The translations under genes and the position numbers were made by a program. Source: Macrostomum lignano (lineage: Eukaryota). From it: a DNA stretch of 64,000 bases. The notes below the pieces were generated by a model. The model was not told the DNA's origin. It saw only the letters and a list, made by a program, of their open reading frames with translations, and did no database searches. Of the stretch, positions 37,357 through 49,809 are shown piece after piece. The DNA lies in NCBI GenBank assembly GCA_002269645.1, contig NIVC01002891.1, positions 1 through 64,000 of the forward strand. Direction: 5' to 3'. How positions within the stretch are numbered: position 1 is the stretch's first letter; each line of letters opens with the position of its first letter.

Positions 37357-38349
37357 TTAATTAATATTCTAGGAAAATCAATCAAATAAATCATATTTAA
37401 TTTATTTATATTTGATCTTGTTAGTGTATCATTGGAGCCACGTATTGCTAAGTCTTCAAATAGTTTCTAAGAAAGGAAACGAAGCTACTCGTCCTTCTAT
37501 TCGATTTTATACCTGAATTAATCTAATTTGATGCAAACCCGAGCTAGTTAAACATTTGTGCAGCCTTTATATACTACTTATTACCGTAGAAAAACAACAG
37601 TTAGATGACGAGGCATTTGTCCAATTATTAGGGTGGAAAACTTTGAGACACTTGTCTAATCTTTGTCTCCAAGGGACCAAGTCTTTGTTTGAGTTCTTTA
37701 TCTAGAAACTAACGAACTTTTCCATATGCACGGATTTGTTGTGCCGCCCTGCCTCTTGTTTTGTTTTGTTTCTTTATAATTTACTACATGTATTTTTTAA
37801 TTTCGTTGGTGAATTTTGGATTAACTGCTTTGCATAGTGGAATCCTTCTCGATCAATTTTTCCTATGCGCTATGTTCGCTCTCTCTCTCTCTACTCACTA
37901 CTATCAATAGAAGTGAGAAAAGGTTTTTTAACAGGTTTATTTTGTGTGAAATTTCACTTGAAATTTGATATACTGTTGTTTCTATCTACTGACCGCGTCT
38001 GGTTCACTGGGTCGTACCCGATTCCCCGGCTCATTCCGTCCAAAACTTGGCTCTGTTTTACAAACACCAATTCAACATTGCAAGCATTCGTTCCCGACAG
38101 TTTCTTTGCTTTACAGGCTAAAGCAACTCAAGCTTTTTCTTCAAGCTGCTCAGCTGGCAACTCTGAATTTACTTGCGAAGCAAGCGGTTTCTGCTAATTA
38201 TGGTTTTCATATTATAATTTACTAATTCTTATGTCAAAACGCTTACAAAATGCTTATGACAGATGCGGCTTCGACATCTTACTTATTCGAACTTTCAGTA
38301 TGGAACTTTGCTGTGGTATCAAGGATGAGTACTCTGTGTTGATAATAGG

Positions 38350-38800
38350 CCTTCAATATCAAGGACAAAAATTCGGTGTTGAGAACAGGGCCGTGAGTAT
38401 CAAGGATGAGAACTCTGTGTTGAGGACAGGGCCGTGAGTATCAAGGATGAGAACTCGGTGTTGAGAACAGGGCCGTGAGTATCAAGGATGAGAACTCGGT
38501 GTTGAGAACAGGGCCGTGAGTATCAAGGATGAGAACTCGGTGTTGAGAACAGGGCCGTGAGTATCAAGGATGAGAACTCGGTGTTGAGAACAGGGCCGTG
38601 AGTATCAAGGACGAGAACTCGGTGTTGAGAACAGGGCCGTGAGTATAAAGGATGAGAACTCGGTGTTGAGAACAGGGCCGTGAGTATCAAGGATGAGAAC
38701 TCGGTGTTGAGAACAGGGCCGTGAGTATAAAGGATGAGAACTCGGTGTTGAGAACAGGGCCGTGAGTATCAAGGATGCAATCTCGGTGTTGAGAACAAGG
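38350..38800. repeat. 41-nt minisatellite (about 11 copies)
   Basis: Unit GAGTATCAAGGATGAGAACTCGGTGTTGAGAACAGGGCCGT. Confidence 0.97.
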
Positions 38801-39096
38801 ACCGTTAGTATTTATAATAAATATATTGGGCAGGATGGTGGGTAGATTACTGTAAAATAATAGACAGTTTACAAAGTAGAAAAGAAACACTAAGTCTGTT
38901 CTATTAACTGCCAAACTACATGTAGTTTTCCAAGTGGAATCCAAAAACTAGCCTTATTAATAGTAGTATATGCAGCGACTGGGAGCTACCCGAAAGAACT
39001 GATGAGCATATATAGAGATTTTCATACCTGAAGCAGCTCATGTCAACCTGAGGTATTTCCACTGCTCGTAAATTCTGCCAACTTTCTATACTCAGC

Positions 39097-42077
39097 ATGA
39101 AGGTCTTCGAGGCAATTCTTGTCGCCCTTCTCTCAGGCAAGTTTTTGCAGTCTGTCTTCAGCTACTTGAGTATTTTACCGCCAGATCTTTCCGCAATCTA
39201 CACAACATCCTCAGTAATCTACCCAATATCCTCGGCAACCTACCCAACATCCTCAGTCATCTACCCAATATACTCAGTCACCTACCCAATATACTCAGTC
39301 ACCTACCCAACATCCTCAGTCACCTACCCAACATCCTCAGTCACCTACCCAACATCCTCAGTCACCTACCCAACATCCTCAGTCACCTACCCAATATCCT
39401 CAGTCACCTACCCAATATCCTCAGTCACCTACCCAATATCCTCAGTCATCTACCCAATATCCTCAGTCACCTACCCAATATCCTCAGTCATCTACCCAAT
39501 ATCCTCAGTCACCTACCCAACACCCTCAGTCACCCTACCCTTTCACCAATTCAGCGGCCCAGCTGCCCGCCAAGTCCAACTGCCACCAGTCGCAGGTATC
39601 GGGCATCAGGCTGCGGCGCCAGTTGCTGGGCAATTTCTGCGGCCTGTTGCTAAGAGAAGTGCCGGTGGGTTCCGGGCCGGAGTGCCACCTGCGGTGCTCG
39701 CTGAACAGGCGGTGCGTGGCGCTGAGTATCCGACCCGACTCTAATCTTCCTCGCCGAATCGACAGCTGCCTGTTGGCCCTGGCCGTCTCGGACAATCGGA
39801 CATCCGACTCTGCTGCTGTTCGGAAGTTCCTGACGTCTGGCAGTCAGCAGTGGACTGTGGCTGACCCCGCGGCATCGGCCGACTCGACCCTGTGCTTGGG
39901 AAAATCGCTTCGATTTAGTAGTGAGGCATAACATACACTTTATTTAGTAATGCTGTCAGAGAGTCAGGGTGGTGCTGTCAATGTCTAAATGATGCTGTCA
40001 ATATCAGGATGATGCTGTCAATGTGCAGAATGATTCTGTTAATGTCAGGGTGAGGCTGTCAGAGAATCAGAATGATGTTGTCAATGTCAGAGTGATGCTG
40101 TCAATGTCAGGATAATGCTGTCCACTTTTCCTGCTCTCGCAGACAGCAACGCAGACCAGAGCGGATCGGTACAGAAGTTCACCGCCGTAGCAACTGGTTG
40201 CTATGCAATCTCTGCCCTCGGCGCCAAAGGCGGCTCCGCTGTGCCGACCAACTCAGGCCAAAAGCTTGGCGGCAACGGCGCCTCGGCGACGGCCAAATTT
40301 TACCTGACTGTCGGTAAGTCGCTCAGCATCGTTGTCGGGCAGCGCGGCGGTGACGCCGGCGGCGCCTCGCCGGGCGTCGGGTCCGGCGGCGGCGGCGGCT
40401 CCTTTGTGTACGACGACGACACTGATTACCTGTACCTGGCTGCTGGCGGCGGCGGCGGCGCGGTGGGATCGATAAGAGGTGGGTTCCGAGCTTCAATTGT
40501 TATTGATTATTTGAGAGGCAACAGGGAACGCCAGTTATTGCGGACTTTTAAAGTATAAAAATAAGTGTTACGGAATCCAAATGGGTGTGTCAGGTGTGTC
40601 TGATGTGTCAAGTGTGTCAGATGTGTCAGGTGTGTCAGATGTGTCAGGTGTGTCAGGTGTGTCAGGTGTGTCAGGTGTGTCAGGTGTGTCAGGTCTTCAG
40701 GTGTGTCAGATGTGTCAGGTGTGTCAGGTGTGTCTGGTGTGTCAGGCGTGTCAGGTGTGTCAGACGTGTCAGGTCTTCAGGTGTGTCAGATGTGTCAGAT
40801 GTGTCAGGTGTGTCAGGTGTGTCAGGTGTGTCAGGTGTGTCAGGTGTGTCAGGTCTTCAGGTGTGTCAGATGTGTCAGGTGTGTCAGGTGTGTCTGGTGT
40901 GTCAGGCGTGTCAGGTGTGTCAGACGTGTCAGGTCTTCAGATGTGTCAGGTCTTCAGATGTGTCAGGTGTGTCAGGTGTGCCAGATGTGTCAGGTGTGTC
41001 AAATGTGTCAGGTGTGCCAGATGTGTCAGGTGTTTCAGATGTGTCAGGTGTGTCAGGTGTGTCAGGTGTGTCAGATGTTTCAGGTCTTCAGGTGTGTCAG
41101 GTCTTCAGATTTTTCAGGTGTGTCAAGTGTGTCAGATGTGTCAGATGTGTCAGGTGTGTCAGGTGTGCAAGATGTGTCAGGTGTGTCAGATGTTTTTGAT
41201 GTGTCATATGTGCCAGGTGTGTCAGATGTGTCAGGTCTTCAGATGTGTCAGGTGTGCCAGATGTGTCAGGTGTGTCAAATGTGTCAGGTGTGCCAGATGT
41301 GTCAGGTGTTTCAGATGTGTCAGGTGTGTCAGGTGTGTCAGGTGTGTCAGATGTTTCAGGTCTTCAGGTGTGTCAGGTCTTCAGATTTGTCAGGTGTGTC
41401 AAGTGTGTCAGATGTGTCAGGTGTGTCAGATGTGTCAGGTGTGTCAGGTGTGTCAGGTGTGTCAGGCGTGTCAGGTGAGTCAGGTGGATCAGATTTGTCA
41501 GGTGTGTCAAAGAACTTACGTAGATGCGTCAAGCAAACGAAAGCAGATGTGTCAAAGATGCATTGCTAACTAGATCACCTGTCTTTTAGGCCAGCCGGGC
41601 CAGGCTCTCTCGAGCGGCTCGAACTCTCAAAACCTCGCCGGAGGTATCACGAGTGTGGGTCACGGCGGCGTCAACGGCAGCGCCGGGATCAGAAACACGA
41701 ACCCGACGGGCAACGCTGGCGGCCCCGGAGCCGGCTGGTTCAGTTCGTCTGGCCGGTCGGTCAGCGGCAGTCAGGGCCAGGGAGGCGGCAGCAGAGCTGA
41801 CGGCTGGACTGGCGGGAAGGCCGGCGTCTTCAACTCGGCCGGGTGTGGTGGATTCGGCGGAGGCGGCGGCGGCGGCGGCAGCTCCGACGGTTCCAGCGGC
41901 GGCGGCGGCGGGTACAGCGGCGGCGGAGCTGGCCCGGTATCCGGACAGGCCGGAGGCGGCGGCGGCTCCTTCTGTGCCGATGTCGGATTTTATAGCGACA
42001 TTCTTATGGGTGGCAACACTGCCAGGGAGAATGGGCTGGTTGAGGTCAAGCTGCTGAACCTGGGCACCTGTGTGTGA
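39097..42077 (+). CDS. Secreted PAN/apple + ALK/LTK-type glycine-rich domain protein (409 aa); no TM or kinase domain
   Basis: Exons 39097-39136, 39555-39920, 40143-40478 and 41590-42077 (1230 nt). Intron 1 is GC-AG (AG|GCAAGT). Signal peptide MKVFEAILVALLSAAQLPA; PAN-like ECHLRCSLNRRCVAL; glycine-rich motifs GCYAISALGAKGG, LSIVVGQRGG, GGGGGSFV, YLAAGGGGG, GGFGGGGGG, GGGGGYSGG, GGGGGSF and NGLVEV. Confidence 0.85.
39200..39535. repeat. 21-nt minisatellite in the GC-AG intron
   Basis: Unit CTCAGTCA(C/T)CTACCCAA(T/C)ATC. Confidence 0.95.
39950..40125. repeat. Degenerate 20-nt intronic repeat
   Basis: GATGCTGTCAATGTCAG variants. Confidence 0.85.
40585..41510. repeat. 9-nt-based intronic array
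   Basis: (GTGTGTCAG/ATGTGTCAG)n interspersed with GTCTTCAG. Confidence 0.95.
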
Positions 42078-42205
42078 CTGATGCTGACAGTGTGTGACGG
42101 ATGCTGACAGTGTGTGACTGCTGCTGACAGTGTGTGACCGATGTTGACAGTGTGTGACCGATGCTGACAGTGTGTGACTGCTGCTGACAGTGTGTGACCG
42201 ATGCC
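42070..42205. repeat. 20-nt array whose first unit overlaps the last codons and stop of the glycine-rich gene
   Basis: Unit GTGTGTGAC(T/C/G)GATGCTGACA, starting in TGT GTG TGA. Confidence 0.9.
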
Positions 42206-42809
42206 GACAAACTCTAATTTCTTCAAGTTTGGATAAAATACTTTAACAAATTTTGACTAATTTTTTCTGCTGTTTTTAAAATTTGAGCCATCTTTACTTG
42301 ATGACTTCTGTGTTAAAGTTATATTATAATTTGGGTATCCCTTTCATGAACTTTAAAACGTTTTTTGCAAAATTTTTATTTAAGATACTCTTTATTTGTT
42401 TTTTTTCGCTTTAAACTCAACAAACTATTGATAAAATTTAAAACTATTAATAGATTCGATGCGCAAAATTTTTACTTTATGTTCAGTGCTTCTTGCATCT
42501 TAGTCACTAAGCTTTAAAAACTTGATTATATAATTTCTTTTATCTTATAAATGCGCATCTGAAAACCAACTGATCAATTGACTCTTGTTTTTTCATTTCA
42601 TTTGCAATTATATTTGTTGTGTCCTAAGTTGCAAAAGAAGTAAATATTATGTCAAATATATAACACAATTGGTTAATAATTACTCCTCTTTCTATTGCTA
42701 TGCAATTCTGTCCAGCTTATGCATAAAATTGTTTGTCAAGGACTTTTTCACTTTCACATGTTAAAAGAGTAATGAATTAGGTACATGTAATGCTGATGTT
42801 GGCTGTGAG

Positions 42810-43230
42810 AAGGGAGTGGAGAGAGTGACAAGGCGGTGTGAGGAGGGAGTGAAGAGAGTGACAAGACGCTGTGAGGAGGAAGTGAAGAGAGTGACAAGGC
42901 GCTGTGAGGAGGGAGTGAAAAGAGTGACAAGGCGCTGTGAGGAGGGAGTGAAAAGAGTGACAAGGCGCTGTGAGGAGGGAGTGAAAAGAGTGACAAGGCG
43001 CTGTGAGAAGAGAGTGGAGAAAGTGACAAGGCGGTGTGAGAAGGGAGTGTAGAGAGTGACAAGGCGGTGTAAGAAGAGAGTGGAGAGAGTGACAAGGCGG
43101 TGTGAGAAGGAAGTGAAGAGAGTGACAAGGCGGTGTGATAAGGGAGTGGAGAGAGTGACAAGGCGGTGTGATAAGGGAGTGAAGAGAGTGACAAGGCGGT
43201 GTGATAATGGAGTGAAGAGAGTAAACATAT
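42810..43230. repeat. 33-nt minisatellite
   Basis: Unit GAGAGTGACAAGGCGGTGTGAG(A/G)AGGGAGTG(G/A)A; the core is also present at about 43270-43290 within the adjacent ORF. Confidence 0.95.
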
Positions 43231-43266
43231 CCTATGAGACAGGAATAAAGAGCAGTTGCTATGCCT

Positions 43267-43469
43267 GAGAAGGGAGTGACAAGGCAGTGTGGCTGTCCAA
43301 TGTAGTCAAAATTAGAATCAGCAGTCGGAAAATTTCTGTTGAATTCCGTCTTGAGCGAGCCGGGAGTTTCCGGGCTTTTGTCACCAACCAGATCCCACCA
43401 ACTATTGTTTGAATCTTTGATTTTTCTTTGCTGAGCTTTCGCGCGCATTCTACTCATTTCCGTCGTCAT
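43267..43469 (-). CDS. Possible first coding exon of an unidentified gene
   Basis: Non-repetitive open frame MTTEMSRMRAKAQQRKIK...KTEFNRNFPTADSNFDYIGQPHCLVTPFS, next to an X-box-like motif. No convincing donor or downstream exon found. Confidence 0.3.
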
Positions 43470-43475
43470 AGCAAC
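43462..43475. promoter_or_regulatory. RFX X-box-like motif
   Basis: GTCGTCATAGCAAC, an imperfect palindrome resembling GTTGCCATGGCAAC. Confidence 0.4.
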
Positions 43476-43894
43476 CCATAAATAGCTTTACCGATCCGCA
43501 ATCCGAAGGAATTAAGCCAGTCAAACCTCAGTTAGACAAAGTTGCAAAACCGGACCAAACGCCAAGTCTGCTGAATAGAAAGCAGAAAAGCTGCCGCAGC
43601 TTCTGGGAACTCTCATCTTCTTTTCAAAGCCGTTTGTAATAGAAAACACGCTCAAAGTTTCTACTATACTACTGCAGTGAGTAATTTTAGAGTGAATATT
43701 TAAATTCCATTTAAAAGCGGTTCGCTCAGTAGCAAAGCAATCATTTTGAAATGGGGGGATCACTAAGACGGCCAAAGTCGCAGTAAAACAAAATAGTTTT
43801 TGTGATTTTTTGCTTTACATACGCATTAAAAAAGTACCTGTACTATTATTAATAGTCTCAAAATACTCTAATTTGATAAAATCACAGAAAGCCG

Positions 43895-45140
43895 TCATGG
43901 GAGGAGAGAGACAGACAGGGGATTAGAGAGACAGACAGGGGAGGAGAGAGACAGACAGGGGATTAGAGAGACAGACAGGGGAGGAGAGAGACAGACAGGG
44001 AAGAGAGAGACAGACAGGGGAGGAGAGAGACAGACAGGGGACAAGAGAGACACACAGGGAAGAGAGAGACAGACAGGGAAGAGAGAGACAGACAGGGAGG
44101 GGAGAGACAGACAAGGGAGGGGAGAGACAGACAGGGAAGAGAGAGACAGACAGGGAAGAGAGAGACAGACAGGGAGGGGAGAGACAGACAGGGGAGGAGA
44201 GAGACAGACAGGGAAGAGAGAGACAGACAGGGAGGAGAGAGACAGACAGGGGATTAGAGAGACAGACAAGGGAGGGGAGAGACAGACAGGGAAGAGAGAG
44301 ACAGACAGGGAAGAGAGAGACAGACAGGGGAGGAGAGAGACAGACAGGGAAGAGAGAGACAGACAGGGAAGAGAGAGACAGACAGGGGAGGAGAGAGACA
44401 GACAGGGGACAAGAGAGACACACAGGGAAGAGAGAGACAGACAGGGAAGAGAGAGACAGACAGGGAGGGGAGAGACAGACAAGGGAGGGGAGAGACAGAC
44501 AGGGAAGAGAGAGACAGACAGGGAAGAGAGAGACAGACAGGGAGGGGAGAGACAGACAGGGGAGGAGAGAGACAGACAGGGAAGAGAGAGACAGACAGGG
44601 AGGAGAGAGACAGACAGGGAGGGGAGAGACAGACAGGGGAGGAGAGAGACAGACAGGGAAGAGAGAGACAGACAGGGAGGAGAGAGACAGACAGGGGATT
44701 GGAGAGACAGACAAGGGAGGAGAGAGACAGACAGGGAAGAGAGAGACAGACAGGGAGGAGAGAGACAGACAGGGGATTAGAGAGACAGACAAGGGAGGAG
44801 AGAGACAGACAGGGAAGAGAGAGACAGACAGGGAAGAGAGAGACAGACAGGGGAGGAGAGAGACAGACAGGGAAGAGAGAGACAGACAGGGAGGAGAGAG
44901 ACAGACAGGGAAGAGAGAGACAGACAGGGAAGAGAGAGACAGACAGGGAAGAGAGAGACAGACAGGGAAGAGAGAGACAGACAGGGAAGAGAGAGACAGA
45001 CAGGGAGGGGAGAGACAGACAGGGGAGGAGAGAGACAGACAGGGAGGAGAGAGACAGACAGGGAAGAGAGAGACAGACAGGGAGGAGAGAGACAGACAGG
45101 GAGGGGAGAGACAGACAGGGAGGAGAGAGACAGACAGGAA
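43895..45140. repeat. GA-rich 21-25-nt array
   Basis: GAGAGAGACAGACAGGG(A/G) variants. Confidence 0.95.
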
Positions 45141-45498
45141 GGAGCTGCTGAGTGATGATGTAGAAAGTGGAAGCTGGGCGAGAGCCTGTGATGGCTAGCG
45201 GACACAGCGATTGTCAGCTTGAAGTTCCAAATTCCAGATTGAATTCACCGCTAAGCAGCCCCGTGGGCATTGCAGGGCTGGCTGAAACAGTCACTTAATC
45301 TTGCTAGTCTTAGAACAAAGACCAACACTTGGCCATAACAAACAAAGAGCGGGCGAGATTCCAGATAAGAATTCTACCCATGAAGACCAGATGGGCTGCT
45401 ACCAGACCCCCCCCATTACTCAACGTATGGCGTTCGCTCCTCGGGTCCCTAGAGGGCGCCCGCCTATTGTCAAGGCAATTCAGAGTTCCACCAATTAG

Positions 45499-45506
45499 TG
45501 ACGTCA
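45499..45506. promoter_or_regulatory. Perfect CRE/bZIP palindrome upstream of pore-forming gene 1
   Basis: TGACGTCA, about 170 nt upstream of ATG 45679; motif match only. Confidence 0.3.
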
Positions 45507-45678
45507 TAGTCGAAGCTCTGTTTCCCCGCCCCCCCCCCAATGAGCAAGCCAGTCTGCAGGTCTTTGTTTCACTGCCAGGGGTCGCGGGAGTCGGCATGCA
45601 TAAATGACAAAGAGCCATAGCAGACCCTCCAAGCTCCCAGACCTCCGCCCAGACCAGCCGCGCCTCCAGCACCCCGCC

Positions 45679-45683
45679 ATGTC

Positions 45684-45716
<33 letters not shown>

Positions 45717-47415
45717 GCAGCAGTCAGGCAAAGCGAGGCAGGATGACAGCAGAGACACCCGGCTTGAGCTGAGCAAGCTGTACATGCAGGACATCAAGGC
45801 CAGGCCCGGCGTGTCGAGATGGGAGCGGCGTCGAGGCGTTCTCGACATGACCGGCCTGGTTGTCGAGCTGGTGTCGACCAGTTTTCAGCAGGCCGACCCG
45901 AGCCAGCCGGAGAATGAGCCGGGCAGCGCGGAGCTGGGTCCGAGCTCGGGACGGCAGGGCCGGATCAGCTTCGATACGAATTTTCAAAACACATCGACTG
46001 CCGAGCAGAAACTGGAGCTGCACGTGGAGCGGGAGACTTCGGTGACGTACAAGGTGACCTGCTGACCTGGTTACTAATCTCAGAATTTGGCGCCTCAATC
46101 TTCCAATCTGGCGCCTCAATCTCCCAATCTGGCGCCTCAATCTCCCAATCTGGTGCCTCAATCTCCCAATATGGCGCCTCAATCTCCCAATCTGATACCT
46201 CAATCTCCCAATCTGATACCTCAATCTCCCAATCTGATACATCAATCTCCCAATCTGGTGCCTCAATCTCCCAACCTGGCGCCTCAATCTCCCAATCTGG
46301 TGCCTCAATCTCCCAATCTGGTGCCTCAATCTCCCAACCTGGCGCCTCAATCTCCCAATCTGGTGCCTCAATCTTCCAATCTGGCGCCTCAATCTCCCAA
46401 CCTGGCGCCTCAATCTCCCAATCTGGTGCCTCAATCTCCCAATATGGCGCCTCAATCTCCCAATCTGATACCTCAATCTCCCAATCTGATACCTCAATCT
46501 CCCAATCTGATACCTCAATCTCCCAATCTGGTGCCTCAATCTCCCAACCTGGCGCCTCAATCTCCCAATCTGATACCTCAATCTCCCAATCTGATACCTC
46601 AATCTCCCAATCTGATACCTCAATCTCCCAATCTGGTGCCTCAATCTCCCAACCTGGCGCCTCAATCTCCCAATCTGGTGCCTCAATCTTCCAATCTGGC
46701 GCCTCAATCTCCCAACCTGGCGCCTCAATCTCCCAATCTGGCGCCTCAATCTCCCAATCTGATACTTCAATCTCCCAATCTGTCGCCTCAATCTCCCAAC
46801 CTGGCGCCTCAATCCCCGATTTGAGCGCCTCATCCAATAGCCGGGGTGACTCAAGCACCAACTCAGGCACCGAACCGGACACCGCAGGTGACTCTTCAGG
46901 AGTACGTGACAATCGAGGGCAGCGTCAATCTGAAAATCTCCCTGCCTTCCAACATCGGCTCGCTGGCCCTCAACAACAAGAAGACGCTGCAGCTGAATGA
47001 CAGCAGGGAGACAACCCATGTGGAGACCGTCAAGTGGAGCCTGAACAACGACATCACTGTGCCGCCAACGAAGCAGGTCAACGTGCAGGTGAGGCTGTCC
47101 GAGTGGGAGTTCAGCTCGCCCTTCACCGCTGTGCACCGCATCTCGGGCCCAGTGGTGTTCCGCTTCCTGGACCGCAAAGGCAAGCCCAGGACCAGGCGCA
47201 GCCCCATCACCTTCCCCAGCGTGGCCAAGTTCCTGCCGTACGTCAGGGATGACAGCAGAATCGAGCGCTGCCCGAACAACCCCGAGGCGGTTCTGTTCAC
47301 GTCGAAGGGTCACGTGTTCTGCTCGTACAGCGTCGACCAGGACGTCGTCATCAATGAGACTTCCATCGGGGGCGCCGTCGGGTCGGGCGGCGACTCGTCT
47401 CGACTGTCGCAGTGA
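45679..47415 (+). CDS. Aerolysin/ETX-MTX2-like beta-pore-forming protein, copy 1 (300 aa, N-terminal polyQ, no signal peptide)
   Basis: Exons 45679-46053 and 46888-47415, phase-0 GT-AG intron; alternative start at 45604. Family-like pattern ISFDTNFQNTSTAEQKLELHVERETSVTYK|VT...GSVNLKI...SRETTHVETVKWSLNNDITVPP...PFTAVHRISGPV. Confidence 0.8.
46085..46825. repeat. 21-nt minisatellite (about 35 copies) in pore-forming gene 1 intron
   Basis: Unit CCTCAATCTCCCAA(T/C)CTG(GCG/GTG/ATA). Confidence 0.97.
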
Positions 47416-47854
47416 GGACTTGAGTCGTGTGCATTGAGAATGGAACTTTTGTTAATTCTTGTTCATTATAGTTAGCGTAATTTCTGATTCGTTATTAGCT
47501 CATTTTTTATCAATCAGTCATCGTCATTTTTTCATCGTCTTGTGCAATTCTTTAAAATGTAATGTTTTTGTTTTAAATAATAGTTTAATTTGTTATACAT
47601 GTTTTGCCTATTTCTTGACCATGATCATGAACTAGGTTTAACAAACTGTCAGGAACACTCTCAAACTCAGTAGCTCAGTTTAAACTTTAATTTGTTACAT
47701 TTTGCAATGGATGTTCTGGCCCTCAATTTAATTTCTTTGGGTGTCATTCATGCACGTAGGACGCTACTGACATCAGTCCAGTGCGTTTTTGCTTCAAGCG
47801 GAACAAAACCAGACAGCAACGGGAAAAAATCGAGTGGCTGCTTTTTTTCGAGTG

Positions 47855-48120
47855 AGTAGAATAGTGGACAGTAGAGTAGAATAGTAGAGGGTAGAGTAGA
47901 AGAGAGTAAACAGTAGAGTAGAAGAGAGTAGACAGTAGAGTAGAAAAGTAGACAGTAGAGTAGAAAAGTAGACAGTAGAGTAGAATAGTAGAGTAGAGTA
48001 GAGTAGAGTAGAGTAGAATAGTAGACAGTAGAGTAGAAGAGTAGACGGTAGAGTAGAAGAGTAGACGGTAGAGTAGACAGTAGTATGATTAGACAGTAGA
48101 GTAGAATAGTAGACAGTAGA
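47855..48120. repeat. (AGTAG)-based simple repeat
   Basis: AGTAGAGTAGAA/AGTAGAC motifs. Confidence 0.9.
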
Positions 48121-48699
48121 ACAAGAACACAACATTTCCAGCAGATCGGGCAAATGTTATAAAAGTGCACGGGTCACAAATGCAACCAAAAAATGAAAGC
48201 CAGTAGTACAATTTCTCTTTCTACATGTAAACTAACCCATTCCCCCTATTCCCATTTCCAATAGCCCATTATTCTCTTCCTGTCGAGAGCTCCGTTCCCA
48301 CTGTGTGCCAAGCAACTTTCACTTCCCCAGTTCCCGTTTTGCTGGCCATGCGGGGCTGGCGGGATTGCGTGGCGGAAGCGGCCCGGCCTGCCAAACCCTT
48401 GTGGCGCAGGCAATGCAGGCAGCACAGCTTATATAACTGGCATTATTACAGCAGCCCTGCAGCTGCGGCACTGCACATGCGAGCGGTGAGTCAAAGGCGG
48501 CCTTCTCTCTCTCTGTCTTTAAATTCGCCAAGCTGCATTCAATAACTAAACGTGCCGACAGAGTTTAGCGCGTGAAGATCTGCTTCCGGATTCAGCAGAA
48601 CCTGCGCAACTCTGACATGTCTGGCTGCTTTGGTGAGCACACTGCAATTGTCTGCAATTTTGACCTCTGACCCTGCGTAGATTATTTCTCTAATGTCTC

Positions 48700-49280
48700 C
48701 ATTCTACTCTCATCTCTCCACTCTAATCTCGTCTCTCCACTCTAATCTCGTCTCTTCACTCTCAAATCATTGCTTATCTCTCATCTCTCCACTCTACTCT
48801 CTCTCTCATCTCTTATCTCTCCCCTCTCCACTCATCTCTCCACTCTCCTCTCATCTCTCATATCTCCACTCTCCTCTCAACTCTCATATATCCACTCTCC
48901 TCTCATCTCTCATATCTCCACTCTCATCTCATCTCTTATCTCTCCACTCCCCACTCATCTCTCAACTCTCCACTCTCCTCTCATCTCTCATATCTCCTCT
49001 CATCTCTCATCTCTTCACTCTCCTCTGATCTCATCTCTCCACTCTAATCTCGTCTCTTCACTCCAATCATCGCTTATCTCTCAACTCTCCACTCTCCTCT
49101 TATCTCTCATCTCTCATATCTCCACTCTCCTTTCATCTCTTATCTCTCATCTCTCTTTCGCCTCTTCTTATCTTCGTCTCTATGTCCACTCTTATGATAT
49201 ATCACCATCCTACACTCCACGCTTTCTCCTTCTCATGCCTTCTTTGTTCTCCTCTCTCTCACTTCCATTCTCTCTTTAGC
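48700..49280. repeat. CT-rich low-complexity array
   Basis: Recurrent CTCATCTCTCCACTCTC. Confidence 0.9.
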
Positions 49281-49809
49281 TCTCTATCATTCGACCCGTG
49301 AAGTCTTGAAGCCAGGCATCGGCTCTTCAGAATGAGAAAAATCTTCTACGCACACACGACCAAGACCCGCGCTGAACAAAGACTCCGCAGAGCCAGGGAG
49401 CTGAGTAAACGGGATAAAAAGAGACAGACACGGGGAGCCCCCTAGCGATGGAATGAATATTCTCGTCTTGAATAGGGGGGGGGGGGCACGGAGCGATTGC
49501 GCAATTCGGGAAAGCCCCAACCCAAACCCCTTCGAGGCGGCGGCATGCTGAGAGGAGAAAGAGCGGGGGATGAAGATGACTGGACACTGGTCAGCGGCTT
49601 TCGGTCTTATCGCCATATTGTTGCGTGGCGGTCCTTGCCCCATCAATGACCCCCCCGCACTGCTTCCCCATCCCAAATGGCGAGACTTCAGCCAGCCAGC
49701 GGATGAGTCACCCCGCGTATTTTTTCATTTCTCATAAAACCAAACGAATTTGGGGATTACCTGGCCGGGGAGCATCGCGTTTTTCAAACACTTCTCTCAA
49801 GGGCTGAGG

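Noticed and set aside
37865-38340. Short ORFs upstream of the 41-nt array, and minus ORF 38916-39140
   Set aside because: No homology, AT-rich codon use unlike the confirmed genes, and no consistent splice partners; possibly 5' UTR or promoter of the glycine-rich gene.
48300-48545. GC-rich segment between the pore-forming genes
   Set aside because: No frame resembles the paralogues, so it is not a third copy; more likely promoter or UTR.
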